A stretch of 64,000 nt of DNA, from NCBI RefSeq assembly GCF_009914755.1, contig NC_060941.1; one strand, written 5' to 3'. Both the position numbers and the translations under genes were made by a program. Below the pieces are notes generated by a model. It was given only the letters and a program-made list of their open reading frames with translations, made no database searches and was not told where the DNA came from. Shown piece by piece: positions 29,800 to 42,414 of the stretch (positions within the stretch are counted from its first letter, which is position 1; every line of letters starts with the position of its first letter). The DNA is from the human T2T-CHM13v2.0 reference genome, Homo sapiens.

Positions 29800-30260
29800 T
29801 CTTTCCTTGCACTAATTTGCAGTGCAGTGTGCTGTCTGCCTCGTGGGCACATGGAACGTATATAAATTACCCCGCCAGGACGATTAACTGTTTGTCCAGG
29901 CTAATTGTCAGTATTAAATCTCGCTCAGTCACAGTTTTAAAGCTTAATTTAAATTCTCTATCTTTAAGAAATCCATACTCCCTCCCACCACGGGAGAAAA
30001 AATAGATTTAATGGGTTTAGTCCATTTCCGTTTGTAGCAACCCAAGTTATAATTAGGCATGTGCAAAGCGGATGTTTCGGCGGGCGGTGAGCCTGCAGAC
30101 CTGCTCCTCTCCTTCCCGGCAGGGCCGGTCCTGGTGGGGAGTGCCCTTGTCTTTGCTGCCCTAGATAAATTTCTGAATTAGGAGTTATTGCTCAGAGACC
30201 CCTGAGCCTCCATGGCAGCCCCTCCCGATTATGGCATTAATCTTGTCAATGTGCTTAAAG
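29800..30260. promoter_or_regulatory. Candidate conserved enhancer (homeodomain-dense)
   Basis: Many TAAT/ATTA cores (CTAATTTG, GCTAATTGTCA 29900, TTAATTTA, ATAATTAG, ATTAATC) with retained CpGs. Confidence 0.5.
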
Positions 30261-31429
30261 GTGGAGAAAGAATTCATCCTCAAAGGTGGAAGGCACAAGA
30301 AAGCAGCCAGGAAACCCCTCTGCCCAGGAGCCAAGAGCTCGGGGGAGCCATGGGATGCAGGCGGATGGGGGGGCTTCCCCTCATGTCTTCCTGAGACCAC
30401 TGCCCCGCCAGATGCCCCCTTGCCCTGAAGGCTGATGCTGCCACTGCAGCTTATCAGGAGTGAGGACCCCTCCTTCCTCTCCTCTTTCTTTCTGTTCCCA
30501 GATACCCGCTTAGAAGCAGGTTGGAGCCAGGAAAATGCAGACAACTAAGGCATAGATGTAGAGGATGCAAACTGAACAAAGCTACTGAAAGCCCCCACAC
30601 TCATCCCCCTTAATGTCCTAGGGGGAACTGAGACTCAGAGAGAGGCGTGACTTGCCCAAGGGCACACAGCTGGCCTGGGTTGCAGCTGAATCCCAGGGGA
30701 CTTGGCACCCATTGCCTTGCTACACATTCATGACCAGGGTGAGGTGCAATTCCTTGTTCAAGGGACACGCTTGGAAGAGGAATCTTCATCGCCCTTCCTA
30801 ATTCTATGCATCATCAACACCAGGGCACGTATGTTTACGCTCATTGTCCCTCACTGGGCTTGCCCCATGCAGAGGGTGGCCTGGGGGAGCAGAGATGGCA
30901 GGGAGGGCAGCTGGAAGTCCAGGTCAGAGAGAGGAGAGTGTGACCAGGGTGGCAGCAGGAGGCATGGAAAAGACGGATGCATGGAGAGGGGTGAAGAGCG
31001 TGGGAACCAGGGCTGGGGCTGCCCAGACCTGGGCACTGGGGAGGGCAAGGGAAGCGTCAGTGACAACTCCAGGGTCTGAACCTGCGGGGTGAGGAAGCAG
31101 GTGGTAGCAGTGACTGCCCGGGAGTCTGAGGAGGGGGCTGGTTAAGTGGGGAAGGTGAGCGTGATGCCAGGTGTGCTGGCTGCAGGGGACAGAAGGTGTG
31201 CAGGGCTCTCCCCGGGGCCCCTAGGCTCCTGAAAGGCGGTGCCCTAAGCATCGGCTCCATCTCGTTGTCCCTACCCCCGTCCCTACCCCCGTCACAGTGG
31301 CCGGCAAGGGCCCAACACTTAGCAATTGTCAAAGAATCGGCAGACGTGTCCAGTGGGAGCTGAGGCAGGGACAGGGACATCAGGCCCACGTGTTGAAGGC
31401 GTGGGCCTCCCACACCACTGCCCTCAGTG

Positions 31430-31838
31430 TTGTGTAACTCAAAAACCCATGTGTAACTTTTGACTCTCCTAAAACTTAACTACGAATAGCCTGCTGTTGA
31501 CCAGAAGCCTTACTGAGAACAGTCAATGAACACATATTTTGTATGTCATTATGTGTATTTTATTTTGTAAGTTATATGTTACTGCATTCTTATGATAAAG
31601 TAAGCTGGAGAAAAGAAAATGTTATAAAGAAGATGATAAGGGACAGAAAACATATTTACTCATTAGGTGGAAGCGGATCATCATAAAGGTCTTCACCCTT
31701 CTTGTCTTTACATTGAGGAGGCTGAAGAGGAGGATGAGGAGGGGTAGGTCTTGCTGTCTCGCAGGTGGCAGAGATGGAAGGAAATCTGTGCATAAGTGGA
31801 CCATGCAGTTCAAACCCATGTTGTTCAAGGGTCACCTG
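31430..31838. mobile_element. Tigger2a/MER28-like DNA transposon
   Basis: aacttttgactctcctaaaacttaactac...gttcaaacccatgttgttcaagggtcacctg. Confidence 0.85.
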
Positions 31839-31993
31839 GAGTTGAGGAAGGTGCCGTCTTTCTCCCAAGGCCCAGGGTTTTCTTTGCAGAGAGCCTCGTG
31901 ATTTAGCCCTCTGGAGAGGAGGGAAGCGAGGCCAAGCTTAGCAGTGTGTCATGGATGTGTTGTTTGGGCCCCAGGGCATGAGTCACCTGCCCT

Positions 31994-31995
<2 letters not shown>

Positions 31996-32048
<53 letters not shown>
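31996..32048. repeat. Poly(T) 53 nt
   Basis: Uninterrupted T run. Confidence 0.97.
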
Positions 32049-32049
<1 letters not shown>

Positions 32050-33383
32050 TAAAGGTCCTGCTGTTGGGTGGATTCATATTTTCGGTATCAGCCTGGGAGA
32101 TCCTGAGTGCAGGATGTGGTTCTGCCCCTCTGGTCCCTGTTCTGTTGTGTGCATTTGTGTACACGTGCACCCACCTCCCCTTCTTCAAGGTGCTTGCCCT
32201 TCCGCCACCCGATGCCCAACAGGGACCCAACTTAAGACACACACAATTATTTCTGCAGGTCCCTTGAGCTCAAAGTCACCCGAATGTGAGCTGGAGTGAA
32301 TGCAACCAAGCAGTCCCAGCAACACAGACTGCCCTGCTGGATGCCAGCATGACTGGGAATTTCACTCCCCCACTGACGGGGGAGCCTGGGGGTGTTCATG
32401 TGTGTTTTCCTCGGTGGTGTGAAGAAAGTCATTTGGTCCTGTAACGGCTGCCCTGTCACGGTGGGAAGTTAGAAAACAAACTTGGCAATCACACCCACCT
32501 TGACTTCCCAACCCTGCGAGAGAGCTTCACAGCAGGACCAGGAGAACAGTTCTTGGGACCTTTCTCTTTCCACCTGTTTCATCTCACACTGCTGCCCCTG
32601 CTTCTGTGACCTGCAGCAGTCTGCAGGGTTTGAACCCTTGATCTGCCAGAAGCCCACCCCAGGGCTGGGACCAACTTGCTCTGCTGCCAGTCCCACCCCC
32701 CCTGGCACAGGGACACATGGATGGGGACGTAGATGGGTGCTGACTGGTCATGAATGACCTCCAGAACAGGAACAGAGGAGGGTTTTTCAGTGGGGCGGCC
32801 CCAAGGTGCCAGCGCGGGGAAAAGTGGCTGCCCGGCCATTAGGTAGATGTATTATTTGTCCTCAAAGGTCTGCGCAGGATCCTGGGCCAACTGGGGCAGC
32901 TCTCAGGCTGGGCTTTGCCAGATCGGAGAGCAAGGCCCCCAGGCTGCTCCCACATGGAATGCACGCTAAGGCATCCTCCCTCCTCCGCTCTGTAGCCTTT
33001 CACAGAAAAACAAAAAATCAAACCTGTTCTCGTCTCTATCAAAGCTCACGTTGAAGATGACAGTGTTTCTCATTTCCTCGACTCTCTCTGAAAATATGTG
33101 AAATTAGGGGAAATGAAGAGAAGAAATTGAAATAACAAGTGAGGCTGGAGAAGAACCAGCCTCAGAAACAGAGGTGCCTGGAGAAGGAGGAGGGTGGGTT
33201 GTGGGAGGAGGAGGAGAGGAAACTCAGGGCTGGCGATTTCGGATGAGGCAGGTGCTGGCTCTCAGGAGGGAGAGAAGCCTGCGGTGGAGACAGCATCCTC
33301 GTCTGCCCCCTGGGAAGCGAGGGAAGGACCTTGGCCGAGGGGGACCTAGGAGCATGAAGAGCAGGAGAAAGCAGGGGGGTGCC

Positions 33384-33748
33384 TGATATGGTTTGGCTCT
33401 GTGTTCCCACTCAAATCTCATCTTGAATTGTAATCCCCTCATGTCAGGGGAGGGACCTGGAGGGAGGTGACTAGATCATGGGGGTGGATTTCCTTCATGC
33501 TGTTCTCGTGAAAGTGAGGGAGTTCTCACGAGATCTGACGGTTTAAAGTATGACACTTCCCGCCTCACTCTCAATCTCTCCTGCTGCCATATAAGACATG
33601 CTTTGCTCCCCCTTTGCCTCCATCATGACTGTAAGTTTCCTGAGGTCTCCCCATTCATGCAGAACTGTGAGTCCATTAAACCTGTTTTCTTTATAAATTA
33701 CCCTATCTCAGGTAGTTCTTTCTAGCAGTGTGAGAACGGGCTCATACA
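33384..33748 (+). mobile_element. THE1D/MSTA-like MaLR solo LTR
   Basis: tgatatggtttggctctg...ctcataca; exact TSD gtgcc. Confidence 0.93.
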
Positions 33749-34789
33749 GTGCCACCATCCTATCCAGCATCCCCTTTCTTCCCTGGCTCTTGTAGCTGCC
33801 CTGTGGGTGCTCCCCACTCACCTTCTTCCCAGAGGAGCCCTCTAGGGAGGGGTGCAGTCTGCAGAGCCTCGACACCCCACCCAGCTCCCAGCCCACGCAG
33901 AAGCTTGGGAACACCAGAGATGGCCACTCTTGCCCCAGGAGGATCCCCCACCCCTCAGGCAGTCTCTGCTCTGGGCTCCCACCTGCCGACTGGGGCTTTC
34001 TGTGAGGCTCTTCCTCCCAGGCCTCCTTCCCTCCCCACTCCCTGCACAGGCTGGTCCTGCATCATGGAAGGAAACTCTTCCTGCTCTCTTTCCTTTCTCC
34101 TTCACAGACATTTCCCTGCAACAAGTCTCATGGACATCCAATTCATTCCTGGCACCTGCTTCTCAGAGGACCCAAACCCACAACCCCTTGTGGCTCAGAG
34201 CAAGTGGCTCCTATGGGCCTCCCCGCCCTGACTCCCTTCCACTCCCAGCAAAGGGCCTTGCTCTCATCAAGCAGCCCAGCTTGCAGCCCACCTGAGAGCA
34301 GCTTAGCCCCTATCAGGCTCCCAGGGGCCCTGCCAGGGTGGGATAAGGCAGGTGGGGCAGGAGGGCTTTTAAGGCAGGGACAGATGTGACCCCTGCCTCC
34401 TACTCTGGCTTCAACAGGTCAAAGGTGCACACATGGGGAGGAAAAGCCCTTTTCTGCACCTGAGGGCACCTCCCGGGTCCTGGGCTGCCAGCTCCATCTT
34501 CTGCGCACCAGGAGTGAGGAGCATCAACCACACCGGGCCCCAGGAGGTGGCTGCCTGGCCACCATCACCCTCCCACTGAGGGGCCCAGGGGAGAGAAGAC
34601 TGTAACTGCTCTGGAAGCTTCCGGCCTTTCTTCGGCAACGAATCTGGGGTGTGGCTGGACCTGGACCCTTTCATGCCTGGGATCTTAACATTCACCATCT
34701 GGGTGGATTCTCCTTCCTGGTCTCTCTGTGGATGGATCTTGTCAGTCTCCTGGAGGAAGGGAAGATGATGCTCCACTTTCCCCGGGATG

Positions 34790-35200
34790 CTGGGACACAG
34801 ATCCACAAACCGGGCCACTTAAAGTGACAGACATTTTTCCTCTCCCAGTTCTGGAAGCAGAGGGGAGAAATCAAGGTGTCGGCAGGGCTGGTTCCCACTG
34901 AGGCTCTGAGGGAGAACCTATCCCAGGCCCCTCTCCCGGATCTGGGGCTCCCGGGGATCCTTGGCGTCCTTCGCATGGCTCCAATCTGCTGCTGCTTCAC
35001 CTGGATTTGCCCGTGTGTCTCTGGGTCTTCATTCCTGTTTCTTGCCAGGACGCTCTCATTGGATTTAGGGCCCACCCTAACCCAGGATGACCTCATCTCC
35101 ATCCTTACCTTAATCACACCTGCAAAGACCCTATTTCCAACAAGGCTGCATTCTCAGGTTCTGGGAGGACATGAATTCACAGGTTCACGATTCAGCCCAG
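34790..35200 (-). mobile_element. MLT1-family solo LTR
   Basis: cagttctggaagc...aaatcaaggtgtcggcagggc...ggatttagggcccaccctaa. Confidence 0.85.
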
Positions 35201-35419
35201 TACAGGATGACCTGGAGTAGAGCCAGGATCCCGGAAGTCCCCGGGGGCTGATGGGGCCCAGCAGGGAAGCAGGGATGGGCAGGGTCTCCAGGGCACAGAG
35301 GAGGGGTGTTGTGCACCTGCCCCCTTCCTGGGCTCCCCTAGTGCAGCTCTTTCTGGGGCCTTCTACCCTCTCCATTTACCCACTCGCCCCTGCAGATGGG
35401 GGGCGCATGATGGCACCTT

Positions 35420-36040
35420 TTGATTTAACCAAGTTATTATGAGTAAGTGATTCGGGAGCTCTTCTTCAGGCAGGTGATCGGGGATGAGCAGGCAGCTGAG
35501 AACAAAAGAGATGCCGCCACCGTGGGAGACGCCTGGGTTGGCGGAGCGGTGGGGGGAAGGGCGAGGAGGGGAGGATTGCGGGGGTTCTTCTGCCACAGTC
35601 AGGCAGGGGGAGGCGCCGCCTTGCCCTTCCCTTCCCTTCCCTTCCCTTCCCTTCCCTTCCCTTCCCTTCCCTTCCCTTCCCTTCCCTTCACCGGGAAGCA
35701 GCGGCCGCGATTTAATATGCAAAGGTGGAAAGTCTGGCATTGGGCGCATCGCCCCGCATGCCGTATTTCAAACAAAGAATACACAACAAAGGGCCGGCCG
35801 GCGCGGGGATTTGTCAGAATTCGGCGGTGGGAGAGATTTATCTAAGCTGAGTGGAGGGGCCTGTGACCTTGGGTTTGAGAGCTTTAAAAGGAACAGGCGG
35901 CTGTTGAAGACGAACAAAGAGATGCTTGTGATTATCATTATTTAATATAATGGCCTTAAACTGTTAGGAGGGGGAATTAAGTGGCACAAGAGAATTGTTT
36001 TTTATTCCAGGAGATGTAAGAAAGATGTAATGGACAGGAA
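35420..36040. promoter_or_regulatory. CpG-rich candidate enhancer/promoter-like element
   Basis: NotI GCGGCCGC 35701, GGCCGGCC 35792, three AACAAAG (35771, 35785, 35913), TTAATATGCAAA, ATTA clusters. Confidence 0.55.
35624..35688. repeat. (CCCTT)13 pentanucleotide STR
   Basis: Perfect array. Confidence 0.97.
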
Positions 36041-38439
36041 AAAGCAGGGGGGAGGCGGAGGGAGGGAGAGGCTGGAGAGATTTCTGAGATGAAGTAGGAG
36101 AGTGAGCGAGCCTGCAGAGGCAGCAGGCGGTAAACAAGAAACGCTCCCCTCCCCTCTCCCTTCTCCTCCTCCTTCCCCTCTTCTCCCCTCCCCTCCAGTC
36201 CCCTCCCTTCCTGGCAGGTTCAACCTCAGCCCCAAAGACAAGACAGTAGCTGGGAAGGAGGTGACCAGCCTTGCGCCAGGAAGGGGTTGGGCAGAAAGAG
36301 TCCAAGAAAGGAGGACGGGGCCTGGAGCAGTGTCAAAGCCGGGATCAGGATGCGGCAGGGCTAGCAGCTTCCCCAGGCTGGGGGGCCAGGGCTGCCAGGA
36401 GACCTGGGCATCCTGTTCAGAGAAAGCCTGGCACGGGGGACGGGTGGGTGTGTGCTGCCCCGGGGCAGTGAGGGTCTGGGAAATGGAGGCTGGTAAGGTC
36501 CTTTCACTGGCGTCCCCAAGAAGGTGGACTGTGAGCCCTCCTGCCAGGGTTGGATGCTGAAAGTGCCAATGCTCTGAGCTGCTGCAGACGGGGGGACAGT
36601 GGGGGCGGGAGGAGATGGCTGGCCTGGCAGCTTTGCTGCAGGGTTGACCTAGGATGTCTCCCACCTGGGTTGAGGCTTGTCCAGGTGCCTACCGCTTCCC
36701 AGAGCCTGAGCAGAGATACAGCTGAAGCCCAGGAGCCTCCTCTCTTTCATGGGGCCTGGCTTTCTCTTTTCATTTGTAATTTTGTAATCTTTTTCTTAAA
36801 GAGCCCCCTCCCAAATCTGCTGAGCGTCACCTCCCACTAAAGCAAGACCAACTAGGTCTTCACAACCCGTCATGGGGAGCAACTGCAGTTCTCCCCGGAA
36901 TGTGTGGAAGCCTAGTTCCCAGGCAGCTGGGGGAGGAGGGCACCCAGTAGAGCTTCAGAGCCAGGCAGGAGTGGGAGGTGGGGTGGGCAGCAGGAGCCGG
37001 CTTTGTCCTGGCAGCAGGGATGCCAGGTGGACACCCAGGTGGCCCAGGAGGGCCCCACACTTCCTGCCCTGGGGTGGTCAGCCATCGGGGTGTGTTCCCG
37101 CAGAAAGGGGAGCGGCTCCAGCCACAGGTGGACTCACGTCTGAGATCTGATAAACTAGAAGAGGAAGGTAAAACAGGAGTCAAACTGGAGAGGATGAGGC
37201 CACGCAGGAAGGAGAGGGTGTGAGCTCCCGGAGCCCGGTGCCCAGAAACCTTGCTCTCTGGCTGATCTCAGGAGGCAGCAGAGACTCAGAGGCCCACAGT
37301 TAGGGGGCAGGAGGAGGCCGTGTGGACCCAGCCCAAGCAGCTGGGTGCCAGCTGTGGGGCATTCACTGGCTGAAAGCTCCAGGAGACCCAGACACAGGCA
37401 GCATGGGTGCATGGGGTGACGCAGATCACCCTGCGTGAGGGACACCCCATGCTTTTGGTGGGTGACAGCCTCAGCCACAGTTAGGACACCTGGGCCATCT
37501 CTGCCACCCACTTGAGGCTTGGCCCTGGGCCTCAGTCTCGCCTTCTGTAAATTGAGGGCAAGGAGAGGACCCACCGTGGGCTGACTGAGGGTGGGATGAG
37601 GTGTGTGTGTGAGAGAGAGGGCTCTGGGGGATACAGAGGGGTCTTCTCACTCCATCCTGTCACTGCCTCCATCACCCACAAGAGCAGCCCCCTCTGTCAA
37701 CCTGGAAGGAAGCCTGGCTGGGGGAGTCAGGGGGAGGGGTCTTTAACCACAGGGGATGCCTGCCTTTGCTTTTTCCTACATCACTAATAACCTCTCCAAG
37801 GCTCAGGTTCAAAGCCATCAAGCACTGGCTGGGAAATGGCTGGGTTGTTGAGGACCTGGTCAACTGTCAAGATTTTTTCAGTTGGCAAAACTGATGGTTC
37901 AGCCAGAAATAAGCACTCGCATCTCTCTGATCCCGTCTCTCTGTCCCTCTCCTCCTCTGTGTGCCCAGGGCATGCTCCTAAGGCTGCTAGTGAGGTTGTG
38001 ACCTCAGTAGTATTTGGTATTTTGGCTGCTCTCTTGGTAATGGCCTGGTCCCTGGCACAGCCATTCCCTCCAAATGCGAACTGCTCCCTGGACCATGAAG
38101 CAGCCATGAGATCTCCTGCTTGTGGAACATGGAACATTGAGCATGTCTGCAACTCTCTCCTCCTACTGGAAAATCCTTCTTCCCATCTAACCTAGATCCT
38201 TTGTGCTGTGGCTTAAACTTTGCTTTTAATATTCATTCACTTCTCTATTTAATGGACTCTGATAGAAGGAGTTTATCAAACTCTTAATTCTGTCTCTGAA
38301 GCCTTTGTTCTCTCTCTGCTGCAGGGGAACCTCAGCCCATCAGGGCTGGTGCCCAGGCACCCTAGGTGAAGCCCTCAGCTCGGCCGCCACCCTGGCCTTG
38401 GCAGGATCCAGGCTCTGAGGTCCTCTTCTGGAGGCTGGG

Positions 38440-38820
38440 TCCTCTCTCATTTCACTCCACGTCATTATTAAGAGATGATGCAGGTCTTGGAGCAAGAACC
38501 CTTTGGCTCTGGAAAAATTATGTGTGACACTTTACATATGGATCAGGTAATTAATGGACGCCCGGATTTCCTCCGCCATAACATAAAGAGCGTGAAGACG
38601 GCGCTTTAATTCCAGATAATTAAAGAGCGATCAGTTCGCGAGTGCTGCTCGGGGAGTGCTGGCTGCTGTCATTAACACCACCGAGCCCGCTCCATTCTCC
38701 ACACCTCACTGCAAACCGCGGGGCCTCCTGCTCCCCGGGGGATACTGAGCCACAGAGCCCACTGCACTGCTGTGTAATTGAAGTGGCCACATCTGCTGCA
38801 CCGAGCTTATGGAATGGGAG
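38440..38820. promoter_or_regulatory. Candidate conserved enhancer
   Basis: CpG-retaining; TAATTAAT 38548, CTTTAATT-n6-AATTAAAG 38604-38625, TGTCATTAA, TAATTG 38775. Confidence 0.55.
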
Positions 38821-39128
38821 TAGGTGTGTGCACACATGCATGTGCATGTGTTGGGTGAGGAGCCGCAGCATGGCCAGTCTAGAGTGGCCACACACGACCT
38901 TAGTGACCTGGCCCTAGGGAATGTGCAGAGCTCAGGTGGCTGTCACTGCCACCAGGGAAAACACGGGTCTCACTGTACAGAGCATCCTTAATGAGGGCAT
39001 AGCATCCCCACTTCAGCCCCAAGAAACTGTTCCTCATCCTACCAGGTCACAGGAAACTCCCAGGACATGCAAGGGGCTGTGCCTTCCCCAGAGCTGAGTG
39101 TCCCTGGGTTTGAAAAGTGACAATAATT

Positions 39129-39430
39129 GGCCGGGCACAGTGGCTCACGCCTGTAATCCCAGCACTTTGGGAGGCCGAGGCGGGCAAATCACTTGAGGTC
39201 AGGAGTTCAAGACCAGACTGACCAACATGGTGAAACCCCGACTCTACTAAAAATACAAAAATTAGCTGGGTGTAGTGGCATGTACCTGTAATCCCAGCTA
39301 CTCAGGAGGCTGAGGCATGATAATTGCTTGAACCTGGGAAGCGGAGGCTGCAGTGAGCTGATATGGCACCACTGCACTCCAGCCTGGGCGACAGAGCAAG
39401 ACTTTGTCTCAAAAAAAAAAAAAAAAAAAG
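39129..39430 (+). mobile_element. Alu SINE (AluS)
   Basis: Full dimer with poly(A). Confidence 0.96.
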
Positions 39431-40409
39431 GAAAGCAACCATAATTAGTACTCTTCAAGATGAAGATAATCACATTCCAGAGGATCATCTTCTCCTGCTG
39501 AAGTCCAAGGTCACGGGCAGCTGCTCCTCCTGGGAGAAGAGCAGGGGTGGACGGACATCCCACTGCAAAGGCAGAGCCCAGAGTCCTCAGTGGCCTCCCT
39601 GGGAGAGTGAAGTAGCGGCTAATTACGGCCGAGGGCACTGACAGGTCTTCCTGGTTCACACAGCACATCTGTCACATTTCCTGATAAATATCAGCCCCTT
39701 GCACTGTCAGACAGAGCCTCTGAGGGTGTCCACGCTTCTTTGCCTGGCTCTGCTCACTCCTGGTTAGTGGCTTCCAGAAAATCACTTGTGCTGATTCCCA
39801 CAAATATTTACAGAGTGTCTGTGAGGGGCCGGGCAGGCACTGGGCTGGTCTCAGGACCTGGAGGTGAATGAGAAGAGGCTGCTGTACAGAAGAAGCATGT
39901 GGGCACCCAGGAGAAGGGATGGAAAGAAACCCAGGCTGCACAACAGCGGGGGTGCAGGCATGACCCGGAGCTGGGGACGGCTGGGGCTGGGGAGGCAGGG
40001 AGGCCGGGCCTGTCAGAGGACTTATCCTTGCCTACCAGGCAGGGGAGGTCAGGAACAAGAGGGAGCTCGTGCAGGGGCGTGCACAGCAGGCATGGTTTTG
40101 CATGCACCTGGATCTGTGGGTACACAGGCCAGCATATGCCATGGTGGCTTTGCTGATTGATACCTTCTGTCTTCCTCATCCATCTGTCCTCTGCCTCACG
40201 TGGCTGTGGTCATCCTCCCTTCAGGCACTTAGCCACTTCTGCTGGGAAAAGATCTGTAAGAAGTCTCCAGGGATGGCTGGCTGGCTGGCAATCGTTGCCT
40301 TCTTTTCTCTATGGTTTTAGGACAGAGTGAAGTTTTTTCCTAAAACTCCCCTTTCTCTAAGCCTGGGTCCGGGGTCAGGGGGGTGGCCACTTAAGTTGCA
40401 TTTTTATTT

Positions 40410-40670
40410 CAACCTAGACCTCTTTCTCTCAAACCCTAGACTCTGACATCCAATTACCTGCTCAACATGTCCACATGGATGGAATCTCAAATATAAAGTC
40501 AAAACTAAATGCCTCTTCTTCATCTCCTAATCTGTTCCCTTCTTGGCTAATAGCACCTCCACCCTTGCAGTGCCAAGACAAAGAGCTTGGGGTCATCTTT
40601 CACTCCTCGCCTTCCTGATTGGCCAGGAAATCCTTGTGGCTGGACCTTCAAATTAAATTCAGAAGCCAAC
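40410..40670 (+). mobile_element. L2 fragment
   Basis: ccaattacctgctcaacatgtccacatggatg...cttggggtcatctt. Confidence 0.65.
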
Positions 40671-40679
40671 ATTAGTGGA

Positions 40680-40870
40680 GAAACTGGGGAAATTCTAATA
40701 AAAGTTTAGCGAATGGGATTGCGCCAGTGATAATTCCTCAGTTTTGCTAAGTGTGTGGTGGCTGTGTGAGATAACAGGGAAAGCCAGGGGAACACAGTGA
40801 AGGCAACATTCTGGAATATCTTTGCAACTCTTCTATTAATCTAAAATTATTTCCAAATAAAAAGTTCGAT
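40680..40870 (+). mobile_element. L1MC/ME 3' end
   Basis: tttgcaactcttctattaatctaaaattatttccaaataaaaagtt. Confidence 0.7.
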
Positions 40871-40884
40871 AGATACATAAATAC

Positions 40885-41090
40885 GAGCATTCGTTTGTTA
40901 GGGCTGCTGTAACAAAGCATCACAAACTGGGTGGCTGAAAGCAACAGAAATGTATTCTCACCCAGGGCTGGAGGCCACGTCGGAAATCAAGGTGTCTGCA
41001 GGGCAGGTTCCTCTTGAGGGCTGTGAGGGAGGAGCTGCTCCAGGTCTCCCTCCTTGGCATGTGGATGGCATCTTCTCTCTGTGTCTCTTT
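40885..41090 (-). mobile_element. MLT1 LTR fragment
   Basis: gggctgctgtaacaaagcatcacaaactgggtggct. Confidence 0.8.
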
Positions 41091-41180
41091 CAAATAACAC
41101 TGTAACACTTCACAGGTAGTGTGAGCACCTTAACATAACAAAACCATCCTCATTCCTCCCTTTCATACCTCGTATCATTG

Positions 41181-42066
41181 TGTAACAGTGAAACAGCAAG
41201 AAACTAACGTCACTCACTTCATTTTTCTTTAAGGGGCTTTTACCCCTTCCTGCACGTAGGCTAGGATAATTTTAGAGAACTGGGATGAAATGCGAAACAG
41301 CAATCATGTAGTTTTTGAAACTAACTCTGGGAGTAAAGGGTGTATTAGTCCGTTCTCACATTAGTATAAAGAACTGCCCGAGACTGGGTAATTTACAAAG
41401 GAAAGAAGTTTAAATGACTCACAGTTCTGCATGGCTGGGGAGGCCTCAGGAGACTTACAATCACTGCAGAAGGGGAAGCAAACACGTCCTTCCTCACATG
41501 ATGGCAGGAAGGAGAAGGGCTGAGCAAAAGCGGGAACAGCCCCTTATAAAACCTTCAGATCTCATGAGAACTCACTCACTGTCACAAGAACAGCATGTGG
41601 AAACCACCCCCATGATTCAGTTACCTCCCACCAAGCCCCTCCCACCACACGTGGGGATTATGGGAACTAGTATTCAAGATGAGATTTGGGTGGGGACACA
41701 GCCAAACCATATCAAAGGGGAAGTTTGTAAACAACTAAGTCTGTTTTGTTGGAGATTTACAGAAGCATTGTGACCTAACCAAGGACAGAAAAGTTCCCAA
41801 CCTCCTCGACCCCTCACTGGCACCCAAATGTTTGTGGTCCTCGGTCACCTCTTGATCCCAACCACTGCACGTAGCCTCCCCATATCCCCTCACCCATAAA
41901 AACCCTCTGGCCAGCCTGAAAAACTGAAAATGGTACTTTAGAATGCTAGTTTGCCATCCTCTTGGTTTGACTGACTTTCCAAATAAACCTGCTTTTCTTC
42001 CTACCAACCCTTGTCTCTAGTGGCTGGCTTTCAGGCAGCAAACAGTCAAACCTGGATTCCATTACA
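41181..42066 (+). mobile_element. ERV1-class solo LTR containing a nested THE1
   Basis: TG...CA ends, AATAAA near 3' end, exact 4-bp TSD attg/attg. Confidence 0.8.
41341..41714 (-). mobile_element. THE1 (C-like) MaLR solo LTR
   Basis: tgtattagtc...gccaaaccatatca; exact TSD aaggg. Confidence 0.95.
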
Positions 42067-42410
42067 ATTGCTGCAATTCAGTTCACTTATAGATCAGCAT
42101 ACATAAGCACAATATATATATAAGACACTACATAAGCTTATGTAACTGAATACATCATTGCTATTATTATGTTGAACCAACTGCTGTCTGTCAGGTCAAT
42201 CAAGAATAAGAAAAATAAAAGTTTTTATTTTACCTTCACTTTTCCTTTCTTTAATGCACTTCCTTTCTTTATGCAGATCTGAGTTTCTTACCTATATTGT
42301 TTTCTCTAAAGAAATTTTCTTTTTAACATTTTTTGCCAGCCAAGTCTACTGGCAACAAATTCCCTCAATTCTGAGAATGTTTTTTTTTCTCTTTCACTTT
42401 TTCATCTTAT
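42067..42410 (-). mobile_element. Old L1M fragment (host of the nested LTRs; other part at about 41090-41180)
   Basis: tgcagatctgagtttcttacctatatt...caagtctactggcaacaaattccctc. Confidence 0.7.
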
Positions 42411-42414
42411 CTAT

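Noticed and set aside
35447-36664. Overlapping 110-220 aa ORFs in the GC-rich block
   Set aside because: Low-complexity, open on both strands, no recognisable domain or consistent exon structure; GC-rich DNA is stop-poor
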